From positions 454,558 through 478,557 of the forward strand of contig JAQTST010000001.1 in assembly GCA_028711165.1 (NCBI GenBank): a DNA stretch of 24,000 nucleotides, written 5' to 3'. The number at the start of each line of letters is the position of its first letter. The first letter of the stretch is position 1. A model generated the notes under the pieces. The model was not told where the DNA came from, did no database searches, and saw only the letters and a program-made list of their open reading frames with translations. Below, piece after piece: positions 1-7,052 of this stretch. This stretch comes from Candidatus Nanoarchaeia archaeon (lineage in GTDB: Archaea > Nanobdellota > Nanobdellia > Pacearchaeales > GW2011-AR1). Made by a program: the position numbers and the translations under genes.

Positions 1-207
1 AAACCAAATCATGCTTGCCATACCAGCAGCGAATACAGTACCATCGGGAAGTCCGCCTTCAATAAAAATAGCCAGAATTGGAGTAATTAATCCAAATCCT
101 CCAAGGATAAAAATATCAGACAGGATTAATATTCTTAATGTCTTATTCATTTTCAAATCTGCACTAAACAGTTTCCACTTTTTATGCAAATTAAATTTCT
201 TTTTCAT
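1..207 (-). CDS. Partial CDS running off the left edge: N-terminus of a polytopic membrane protein, possibly an MFS-type transporter
   Basis: Minus-strand ATG at 207-205 preceded by GAGGGA. My translation is MKKKFNLHKKWKLFSADLKMNKTLRILILSDIFILGGFGLITPILAIFIEGGLPDGTVFAAGMASMIWF, open to base 1 and forming a plausible TM helix. It is missing from the ORF track because it is open-ended. The listed + ORF 11..238 looks like its antisense shadow. Confidence 0.5.
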   Translation of the reverse strand, partial: MKKKFNLHKKWKLFSADLKMNKTLRILILSDIFILGGFGLITPILAIFIEGGLPDGTVFAAGMASMIWF

Positions 208-297
208 CTTCCCTCTTTTAAATTATAATCAAAATTAGTATTTAAATTTTTAGAATAACAAACTTTAAATTCTCTTAGAAATAAGAATAATTATCTA

Positions 298-352
298 GCC
301 CACATGCATAGTTCGGGAGTAACCCTCTCGCTTCGCGAATACAATGTGGGTG
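298..352 (+). other. tRNA-like minihelix or tRNA-Ser fragment just upstream of tRNA-Ser
   Basis: GCCCACAT-GCATAGT (298-312) copies the 5' acceptor and D-arm start of the tRNA at 362. TGTGGGTG (345-352) copies its 3' acceptor plus discriminator with one change. The two ends can form a 7-bp acceptor-like helix around a GC-rich core containing a TCGC-TTC-GCGA hairpin. Confidence 0.45.
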
Positions 353-361
353 TAAAACTGT

Positions 362-581
362 GCCCACATCGCATAGTGGTATTGCAGCGGATTGCTATCA
401 AGCGACTTTCCCTTCGGGTTGAGAGTCCACCTCGAGATTCCATTTATGGAAGCTCAATTAAGGTTTTGTCTTTCCCCTTCGGGGTTGAGAGATTTGCTTC
501 TCCCTTCGGGTTGAGAAGCCTTGCTTTCGAGCAAATATCCGCGCCCTTCGGGGCTCGCAGGTTCGATTCCTGCTGTGGGCG
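362..581 (+). tRNA. tRNA-Ser(GCU) with a ~139-nt intron (about 398-536) at the canonical 37/38 position
   Basis: Manual cloverleaf. Acceptor GCCCACA (362-368) pairs with TGTGGGC (574-580), discriminator G581, no encoded CCA. D arm GCA/TGC with a GG-containing loop. Anticodon stem GCGGA (387-391) pairs with TCCGC (538-542); loop TT-GCT-A. Long variable arm GCCC-TTCG-GGGC (543-554), typical of a class II tRNA. T arm GCAGG-TTCGATT-CCTGC (557-573). TTGCT (392-396), which includes the GCT anticodon, pairs with intron AGCAA (530-534), as expected for a BHB-type splice substrate. Confidence 0.8.
404..519 (+). repeat. Three copies of one hairpin module inside the tRNA-Ser intron (404-427, 468-493, 496-519), plus a separate hairpin at 434-455
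   Basis: Each module has a 6-bp lower stem, a 3-4 bp C:G upper stem capped by TTCG, and a 3-nt TTG bulge on the 3' strand before AGAnnn. Sequences: GACTTT-CCC-TTCG-GGG-TTG-AGAGTC; GTCTTT-CCCC-TTCG-GGGG-TTG-AGAGAT; GCTTCT-CCC-TTCG-GGG-TTG-AGAAGC. The lower stems differ by compensatory changes. Confidence 0.7.
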
Positions 582-586
582 TTATT

Positions 587-609
587 ATCGAACCTGGAAC
601 AGGTACGAT
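587..609 (+). other. Stable hairpin immediately 3' of tRNA-Ser
   Basis: ATCG-A-ACCTG-GAA-CAGGT-A-CGAT: 9 bp with one A.A mismatch, following the T-rich GTTATT trailer. It could be a processing or termination structure. Confidence 0.35.
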
Positions 610-647
610 TCCCGAGCGACTTTGCGAAAGTAGGGTCAGTGTTGAAT

Positions 648-720
648 GAGCGGGGTCGCGAGTTGTCTGTGGGCGTGCGAGGACACCTAATCGGTTTCCT
701 TAACTCGAACCCCCACTCGA
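648..720 (+). repeat. GC-rich hairpin region containing a decayed copy of the tRNA-Ser 3' end
   Basis: GGGGTCGCGAGTTGTCTGTGGGCG (652-675) aligns to tRNA 550-581 (GGGGCTCGCAGGTTCGATTCCTGCTGTGGGCG) with the T-loop deleted. GAGCGGGG (648-655) can pair with CCCCACTC (711-718). Confidence 0.45.
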
Positions 721-847
721 ATTTTTCAAATTTGACTTCGTGATTCCATCTCGTGAAAATTCTCGGCTTAATCTTCCCTTTAAATTTGTGGTCACGCTTG
801 ATTTTTATCACAATAATATTTAAAAATAAATTTTTCTAAGGGAGATT

Positions 848-1105
848 ATGGAAAATATTTTGAGGACAGAAATAGATAATAAAAAAGTATATTTTCGAGA
901 TGCAAAAGGAAGCAGGTTTATATTGGGAGATTTGGGAAGAACTCTTGAAAAAGAATTAATTGGGAAAGCTAAAGGAGACGGTGAAAAAGGATTTCTATTT
1001 TATGTAAGTGAAGAAGAAAATGAAAATAATATAACAATTTCCCGAGAAGAATACAGCAGACTTGTAGGATACGCCAACGAAAAACTTTCTTTAGAAATAG
1101 ATTAG
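848..1105 (+). CDS. Hypothetical small acidic protein (85 aa)
   Basis: ORF with a GGGAG Shine-Dalgarno-like motif 5-9 nt upstream. No recognisable domain. Its stop codon directly abuts the stop codon of the convergent GGDEF gene. Confidence 0.55.
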   Translation: MENILRTEIDNKKVYFRDAKGSRFILGDLGRTLEKELIGKAKGDGEKGFLFYVSEEENENNITISREEYSRLVGYANEKLSLEID

Positions 1106-1702
1106 TTATTTAACCGCGACGAATTTGTCTCTGCCAATACTTTTTGCGTTGTATAATGCTTTATCGACTCTCTCCTTGAATTTCTTTTTGCTATCTTCTT
1201 TTGTCCTGAATTGAGTAACTCCGCCGCTGACAGTCAGTTTATGTTTTTTTAAAGTTTTATCTGCGTGGACTAATCTTCTTAATTTCAGAGAAAAAGATTT
1301 TGCTTTTTCCAAATCTGTTTCCGGAAGCAGGATGATAAATTCTTCTCCGCCGAACCTCGCTGCGATGTCTGATTTTCTTACATTTTTTCTTATTACGTCT
1401 GCAAGTTTTTTCAGCAGCTCGTCGGCTTTCATATGCCCGTATTTATCATTTACCTTTTTGAAAAAATCTATGTCAATTATTATCATAGAAAGTTTTTGCT
1501 GTCCTCGTTTTGCTTTCTCGATTTCCATATCAAGAAGCGTTTCGAAAAATTTGTTGTTGTACAATCCTGTTTTCTCGTCGTGGGTTGCAACTTCGTAAAG
1601 CATCGAGACAGATTCGCTCATAGATTCAAATAATTCTTCTATTTTTTTCCTGAACCTCGGGTCGAGTGCCGAAAGTTTCTTTTTAATTTTTCTATCCATC
1701 AA
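1106..1702 (-). CDS. Stand-alone GGDEF-domain diguanylate cyclase (198 aa)
   Basis: Hallmarks of the GGDEF domain family: DEKTGLYN, IDIDFFKKVNDKYGH, and the active-site motif RFGGEEFIILL. An intact I-site RKSD lies five residues upstream of GGEEF. No sensor or transmembrane domain. Confidence 0.9.
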   Translation of the reverse strand: MMDRKIKKKLSALDPRFRKKIEELFESMSESVSMLYEVATHDEKTGLYNNKFFETLLDMEIEKAKRGQQKLSMIIIDIDFFKKVNDKYGHMKADELLKKLADVIRKNVRKSDIAARFGGEEFIILLPETDLEKAKSFSLKLRRLVHADKTLKKHKLTVSGGVTQFRTKEDSKKKFKERVDKALYNAKSIGRDKFVAVK

Positions 1703-1754
1703 TTATACAAGCAGGAAATATATATAAAATTAGCTATTTAGAAATCTCACTCTG

Positions 1755-1771
1755 CTCGCGACCCCACTCGG
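1755..1771 (+). repeat. GC-rich repeat copy related to 648-662 (inverted) and 706-720 (direct)
   Basis: The reverse complement of CTCGCGACCCCACTC (1755-1769) is GAGTGGGGTCGCGAG, which matches 648-662 (GAGCGGGGTCGCGAG) at 14/15 positions. The 9-mer CCCCACTCG is identical at 711-719 and 1762-1770. Confidence 0.5.
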
Positions 1772-1788
1772 TTTAAATCGAATCAAAA

Positions 1789-2583
1789 TTACTTGCTCGT
1801 GAAATCGCTCGTTTTTCTCTTCTGAATGTAAAACTTATTTAGAACTTCCATTGCCTGCTGTCTTTGTTCAGAATTTCCAAGTCCTTTCCAGTCGAGGAGA
1901 ATCATGTCGATATCTTCTTCTGTTCCTGCAATTGCTTCCTGAACCATTTCTTCTGTAAGGGGGAGGGCATATTGGGGAATTATGTGAGAGATTGCGATGT
2001 TTGAATTCAGCTGGATTTTGTTAAAGTTTGGACAATAATGCGGACCGCCGATTCCGATTGCAATTTCATTGTAAGGGTTCTCTTTGAATTCTTCCATAGT
2101 TTCCAGGATAGATTTAGCGACGACAAAACCTGCGCGCCGGTCTTTCCATTCTTCTTCTGTTGCTCCGATTTCGACAAAAATGCACGGCTTGTTTATCAGC
2201 GGGCCGTGGTGAGTGCATTCTAAAGTCAAGTCATATTTTCTTAAATCAAATTTTTCTATATTCTTTTTTAATTTTTCAAATAATTGTTTTTGAAACAGCG
2301 CAGAAGTTTTGCATATTCTTCCCGCCTGCCCGCCGAATTTAGCTTCAGCCCAGTTTCCCGGAGCGTGAATTGAGATTGTTTTTTCTGCTTTTTCAGACAC
2401 GTGGCGCGAAGCGAAAATGATAAAGTCATAATGGCTGAATTTTTCTGTGTTGAGATTTTCTGTAAAGATGACTTCATTCTCGACGAGATAAAAATTCATA
2501 TTTCCAAACTGACTCAGCTGAGTTGTGATGTTTATCCCTGCTTTGTCAATCTTGCTGGCGACGATGAGATAATTTTTGTACAT
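1789..2583 (-). CDS. dtdA: D-aminoacyl-tRNA deacylase, archaeal DTD2 type
   Basis: Translation matches the archaeal tRNA_deacylase family over its length (IHAPGNW, TLECTHHGP, IGIGGPHYCPNF). The ORF extends to 2676, but I place the start at M32 (ATG 2583-2581, MYKNYLIVASK). That leaves an AT-rich divergent promoter gap before the + gene at 2662. Confidence 0.8.
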   Translation of the reverse strand: MYKNYLIVASKIDKAGINITTQLSQFGNMNFYLVENEVIFTENLNTEKFSHYDFIIFASRHVSEKAEKTISIHAPGNWAEAKFGGQAGRICKTSALFQKQLFEKLKKNIEKFDLRKYDLTLECTHHGPLINKPCIFVEIGATEEEWKDRRAGFVVAKSILETMEEFKENPYNEIAIGIGGPHYCPNFNKIQLNSNIAISHIIPQYALPLTEEMVQEAIAGTEEDIDMILLDWKGLGNSEQRQQAMEVLNKFYIQKRKTSDFTSK

Positions 2584-2661
2584 AAAAAGAAAGAGGGATA
2601 TCAGTTTAAATTTTTTTATATAATAATATTTATAAATTAAACTACTAAATAGATTTGTAAA

Positions 2662-3024
2662 ATGAGAAATATTCAAAATTTAATTGAAGAAGACAGAATG
2701 AAAATTCCCTTTGATAATGCAGATTTTATGGATTCTACTGAAAGAGAAATAATAGAAAGTAAGATTGGAAAAATAAGTTGGGAAGAAATAAAGAAAAAAT
2801 CTGGCTTCTCGAATATAAAAATAAAAAAAGTTATAGAGCCGTCAGAAAAAAATCCGTATGAGTTTACACGAATGATGACGATGGAATTAACTTGCATTGC
2901 CGGGGGTTATCTCATCGGCGACGGAATTAATAAAGAATATGGCGGATTGATTGGTGCAGTTGTCTTTGGAGCAGTTAATGGTTTTTGTGAATATCAGCTT
3001 CATAAAAAGAGACAAGGATTATAA
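2662..3024 (+). CDS. Hypothetical protein with a C-terminal Gly-rich hydrophobic segment (120 aa)
   Basis: ORF only. The C-terminal segment CIAGGYLIGDG...GLIGAVVFGAVNGF looks membrane-associated. No domain recognised. Confidence 0.5.
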   Translation: MRNIQNLIEEDRMKIPFDNADFMDSTEREIIESKIGKISWEEIKKKSGFSNIKIKKVIEPSEKNPYEFTRMMTMELTCIAGGYLIGDGINKEYGGLIGAVVFGAVNGFCEYQLHKKRQGL

Positions 3025-3045
3025 ATAAGATTTCTTAATAATTAT

Positions 3046-3285
3046 ATGGAAGAATTATATCAAATAATCATCGGGATTATGATTTTAGCAATAGGAATTC
3101 CTCTCGGAGATTTGCTTGCGAGGGCTACAAAAGAAGAGCTGAAAAAAAGGAAAAATCTGTTCAAGACTCTGATAATATTGAGTTCCATCGGCGCAGTTAT
3201 TTTTTTATTTTTGGAAAATGATGCGCTGCTTTTTGGATTGCTTTTTATCGCGATTGTAACCAGCAGGAGTCTGAGAAAGAAATGA
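3046..3285 (+). CDS. Small two-TM membrane protein (79 aa)
   Basis: Two hydrophobic helices separated by a KKRK loop. Its stop overlaps the dph5 start (ATGA), which suggests translational coupling. Confidence 0.5.
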   Translation: MEELYQIIIGIMILAIGIPLGDLLARATKEELKKRKNLFKTLIILSSIGAVIFLFLENDALLFGLLFIAIVTSRSLRKK

Positions 3286-3998
3286 TATATTTAATCGGAC
3301 TTGGTTTGAATGAAAAAGGAATTTCTGTCGAGGGCATTGGGGCGCTGAAGAAATGCAAAAAAATTTATCTTGAAAATTATACAGTTGATTTCCCTTATTC
3401 TTTTGAAACGCTTGAAAAAATCATTGGTAAAAAAATAATTTCTGCTGACAGGGATTTTGTCGAGGATATGAAAGTTTTGCTTAATGAAGCGAAAGAAAAA
3501 AATGTTGCTCTGCTGATTTACGGAAGTCCGCTGACAGCGACGACGCACATTTCATTAATTGAAGAAGCCCGACGGAGAAATATAAAATATGAAATAATTT
3601 ACGGGGCTTCTGTATTCGACGCGATTGCTGAAACCGGTTTGCAGATTTACAAGTTTGGAAAAATCACGAGCATGCCAAAATGGCAGGAAAGTTTCAAGCC
3701 GACGAGTTTCGTGAAAATTGTAAAAGAAAATCAGAAAGTTGGTGCGCATAGTTTAATCCTCGTCGACATTAATCTTGATTTGAAAAACGCAATCAGAGAA
3801 CTCGAAGAATCTGCAAAAAAAGAAAGACTAAAATTAGGAGATATTATAATTTGTTCAAGACTTGGAACTAAAGACAAAAAAATATTTTATGGGGGATTTA
3901 ACAAAATGAGAAGTATCGAGATGAAAAAACCTTACTGCATAATTATTCCGGGGAAGTTGCATTTTATAGAAGAGGCAGTTCTAAAGAACCTTTCTTGA
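3282..3998 (+). CDS. dph5: Diphthine synthase (Dph5/DphB methyltransferase)
   Basis: The N-terminus MIYLIGLGLNEKGISVEGIGALKKCKKIYLENYT and the motif LIYGSPLTATTH are typical of archaeal and eukaryotic diphthine synthase (tetrapyrrole-methylase fold). Confidence 0.85.
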   Translation: MIYLIGLGLNEKGISVEGIGALKKCKKIYLENYTVDFPYSFETLEKIIGKKIISADRDFVEDMKVLLNEAKEKNVALLIYGSPLTATTHISLIEEARRRNIKYEIIYGASVFDAIAETGLQIYKFGKITSMPKWQESFKPTSFVKIVKENQKVGAHSLILVDINLDLKNAIRELEESAKKERLKLGDIIICSRLGTKDKKIFYGGFNKMRSIEMKKPYCIIIPGKLHFIEEAVLKNLS

Positions 3999-4064
3999 CT
4001 CCATTTCCAATGTCGTAAGAGGCAGTTCTAAAGAACCTTTCTTAACTTCATCTTCAATGTCGTA
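3971..4064 (+). repeat. 47-bp tandem duplication (2 copies, 43/47 identical) spanning the dph5 stop codon
   Basis: Copy 1 is 3971-4017 and copy 2 is 4018-4064, both starting AGAGGCAGTTCTAAAGAACCTTTCTT. I compared them base by base and found four mismatches. Confidence 0.9.
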
Positions 4065-4145
4065 GGAAGAAGTTTGAAGAATGGGGAATAGTTTCCTAAA
4101 TCTGCCTATGAGTAATTTTAAAAATATCGGATAATAAGGAATAGT

Positions 4146-6977
4146 ATGTATGAATTTAAGGAGATAGAAGAGAAAGCGAGAGAAGTATGGAAGAAGAATA
4201 AGAAGGAAATTGAAAAAGCGATTCAGGACAATCCGAAAAAGCCATTGTTTTCTTTTTTAGAGGGGCCACCGACGGCAAACGCGCCTCCTGCTTTGCATCA
4301 TCTTGAAGTCAGAACTTTCAAGGATATAATCTGCAAATTCAAATACATGAATGGTTTTTCTGTTCCGAGAAAAGGCGGGTGGGATTGCCACGGCTTGCCT
4401 GTTGAAGTTCAGGTTGAAAAAAAATTAGGACTGGAAGACAAAAAAGCAATTGTAAAATATGGCGTCGATAAATTCATAAAAGAATGCAGAGAAAGTGTCT
4501 GGAGCAATATCAAAGACTGGAACGCGTCGACAGAAGAACTGGCTTACTGGGTTGATTTGAAAAATCCGTATGTGACTTTGGAAAATGATTACATTGAAAG
4601 TGTCTGGTGGAGCCTGAAGGAACTTTACAATCAGAAAATGCTTTACGAAGGGCATAAAGTTGTGCCGTTTTGTCCGAGGTGCGGAACTCCATTGTCCAGC
4701 CACGAAGTTGCTCAGGGCTATCAGGATGTTACAGAAGAATCAGTTTACATTGCATTCAAAGTGAAAGGAAAAAATAATGAGTACATTCTTGCGTGGACAA
4801 CAACGCCGTGGACTCTTCCGGGAAATGTTGCATTGGCAGTAAATCCCGAGATAGATTATGTAAAAGTAAAACTCGAAGACGGCGATAGTTTAATTCTCGG
4901 AAAAGCAAAAACAAATCTTATAAAAGGAAATTATAAAATTGAAAAACAAATCAAGGGGAAAGATTTGGTTGGAATTGAATATGAACCTTTGTATGAAATT
5001 AAAGAATTGAAAAGTGAAAAATCTTACAGAATAATTCCTGCAGATTTTGTAACAACCGAGGACGGAACAGGAGTCGTTCATACTGCAGTGATGTACGGGG
5101 AAGACGATTATAACGTCGGCAAAAGATTTTCACTTCCGCAAGTTCACACTGTCGGACAGGACGGAAAATTTTTGAATATTGCTCCTGAATTTTTACGGGG
5201 GAGATTTGTAAAAGAGGCAGAAAAAGATATCAAAGAAGATTTGAAAAAAAGGCACTTGCTGTTCAAAGTTGAAAAAATAACTCACGCATATCCTTTTTGC
5301 TGGAGATGCAATTCGACATTGCTTTACTACGGCGTTAATTCCTGGTTTATCAAAGTCAGCGAGGTAAGAGACAGACTTATGAAATTGAATAAAGAAATAA
5401 ATTGGGAGCCTGAACACATCAAAGACGGAAGATTTGGAAAATGGCTGGAAGGGGCAAAAGATTGGGCAATTTCAAGATTCAAATTCTGGGGAACACCGTT
5501 GCCGATTTGGAAATGTGAATGCGGGGAGAGAAAAATTATTGGCAGCGTCGCTGAATTGAAAGAAAATGCGACGAAAAAAATCAGCGGAGAAATTGATTTG
5601 CACAAACCGTGGATAGATGGCATAAAACTAAAATGCAAATGCGGTAAAGAAATGTCGAGAATTCCCGACGTGATTGACTGCTGGTATGATTCCGGAAGCG
5701 CGAGTTTTGCTCAGTTCCATTATCCATTTGAAAATAAAAAAGAATTTGAAAAAAGATTTCCTTACGATTTTATTTCTGAAGCAATAGACCAGACGAGAGG
5801 ATGGTTTTACACACTGCACGTCATTGCGACGCTTTTATTCAAAAAACCCGCATACAAAAATGTAATCTGCGCGGGGCACGTTGTCGACGAGAAAGGAGAA
5901 AAAATGTCAAAGTCAAAAGGAAATATAATCAAGCCGAGAGAAATAATTGACAAGACAGGAGTTGATGCAGTGCGACTTCAGTTCTGCACAACAGATATGG
6001 GGAATCAGAAAAGATTTTCATACGATTTAATGAAAGAAGAAGTTCTTCCATTCCTCACTGTTCTTTACAATTGCCATAATTATTACAATCAGCTCGACGA
6101 TGGGAACCTCCAGCGGGTTCTTCACAACTCCAGCAACCGCAAACTAAAAACAGAAGACAAGTGGATTTTGAGCAGATTAAATTCTGTCGTTGTTGAGGTT
6201 ACTGATGAACTGAATAAATTTTCTCTGAACAAACCTTTCGAGATAATTTCAAAATTTGTTGTTAGTGATTTTTCAAGACAGTATATTAAGATGACTAGAG
6301 ACAGAGATGATAACAAGAAAATAATGGGAGAGATTTTAGAAAAGGTTTCGTTATTGATAGCACCTTTTGCTCCTTACATTTCTGAATTTATTTATCAGAA
6401 TTTTTCGAAAGAGTCTGTCCATTTATCATCTTGGCCAAAAGCAGACAAGAAAAAAATTGATAAAAAATTAGAAGAAGCATTTGCAGGTGTTATGAAAATT
6501 ATTGAAACCGGATTAAGAGAAAGGGATAAAGCGCAGATTGGATTAAAATGGCCTTTAGCATCAGCAACAATTTTTTCTCCGAGCAAAACAGAGGACATTG
6601 AAGAGGTAATAAAATCGCAGTTGAATGTAAAAAAAATTGTCTGGAAGAAATCGGATGAATTAAAAATTGAACTTGACACAAAACTCACTCCTGAACTTGA
6701 AGCAGAAGGCTACGCGAGAGAAATGTCGAGAGCTGTTCAGGCTTACAGAAAAGAACTTGGGCTGAAAAAAGAAAATAAAATTGAACTTTCTATTTTTACC
6801 GACGGAGAATTGAAAAAAATTCTTGACGGCTGGAAAAATTTTATTATGGAAAGAACAAATTCTGTGAAATTAGAATTTTTTTCTGAAAATGTTACAACTG
6901 GTAAGGAAAGATTTAAAAACAATATTGAGTTCAAAATTAAAGATAAAAGAGGGCTGATAGTGATTGTAAAAAAATAG
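4146..6977 (+). CDS. ileS: Isoleucyl-tRNA synthetase
   Basis: PPTANAPPALHHL (HIGH region), GWDCHGLPVE, VVPFCPRCGTPLSSHEV, FCWRCNSTLLYY, ISRFKFWGTPLPIW and KMSKSKGN. Together these are the class Ia IleRS signature. Confidence 0.95.
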   Translation: MYEFKEIEEKAREVWKKNKKEIEKAIQDNPKKPLFSFLEGPPTANAPPALHHLEVRTFKDIICKFKYMNGFSVPRKGGWDCHGLPVEVQVEKKLGLEDKKAIVKYGVDKFIKECRESVWSNIKDWNASTEELAYWVDLKNPYVTLENDYIESVWWSLKELYNQKMLYEGHKVVPFCPRCGTPLSSHEVAQGYQDVTEESVYIAFKVKGKNNEYILAWTTTPWTLPGNVALAVNPEIDYVKVKLEDGDSLILGKAKTNLIKGNYKIEKQIKGKDLVGIEYEPLYEIKELKSEKSYRIIPADFVTTEDGTGVVHTAVMYGEDDYNVGKRFSLPQVHTVGQDGKFLNIAPEFLRGRFVKEAEKDIKEDLKKRHLLFKVEKITHAYPFCWRCNSTLLYYGVNSWFIKVSEVRDRLMKLNKEINWEPEHIKDGRFGKWLEGAKDWAISRFKFWGTPLPIWKCECGERKIIGSVAELKENATKKISGEIDLHKPWIDGIKLKCKCGKEMSRIPDVIDCWYDSGSASFAQFHYPFENKKEFEKRFPYDFISEAIDQTRGWFYTLHVIATLLFKKPAYKNVICAGHVVDEKGEKMSKSKGNIIKPREIIDKTGVDAVRLQFCTTDMGNQKRFSYDLMKEEVLPFLTVLYNCHNYYNQLDDGNLQRVLHNSSNRKLKTEDKWILSRLNSVVVEVTDELNKFSLNKPFEIISKFVVSDFSRQYIKMTRDRDDNKKIMGEILEKVSLLIAPFAPYISEFIYQNFSKESVHLSSWPKADKKKIDKKLEEAFAGVMKIIETGLRERDKAQIGLKWPLASATIFSPSKTEDIEEVIKSQLNVKKIVWKKSDELKIELDTKLTPELEAEGYAREMSRAVQAYRKELGLKKENKIELSIFTDGELKKILDGWKNFIMERTNSVKLEFFSENVTTGKERFKNNIEFKIKDKRGLIVIVKK

Positions 6978-7052
6978 CTACCGGCAAGTAAGACTTATCA
7001 TTTACTCTTTTATCATAACAATATTTAAAAAGAAAATCAAACAGAAAATAAA

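Noticed and set aside
11-238. + strand ORF of 75 aa at the left edge
   Set aside because: The translation is low-complexity and implausible. The opposite strand gives a clean TM-helix protein N-terminus with its own ATG and SD-like motif, so this ORF is treated as an antisense shadow.
404-519. Whether the three repeated hairpins form a mini CRISPR array
   Set aside because: There are only three copies, the spacing is irregular (40 nt and then 2 nt between units), the units are imperfect, and they sit inside a tRNA intron. No cas genes are present in the window.
648-720. A second tRNA gene in the GC-rich hairpin downstream of tRNA-Ser
   Set aside because: The ends pair like an acceptor stem, but I could not build D, anticodon or T arms on either strand. 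It looks like a decayed 3' tRNA fragment inside a hairpin.
304-811. ORFs 304..633 (+) and 458..811 (-) as protein-coding genes
   Set aside because: They cover the GC-rich tRNA-Ser, intron and hairpin block. Their translations are Arg/Pro/Ser-rich junk, and the region is better explained as structured RNA.
1332-1633. Plus-strand ORFs 1332..1598 and 1433..1633 inside the GGDEF gene
   Set aside because: They are antisense to a CDS with unambiguous domain motifs, and their translations are low-complexity Ser/Phe-rich sequence.
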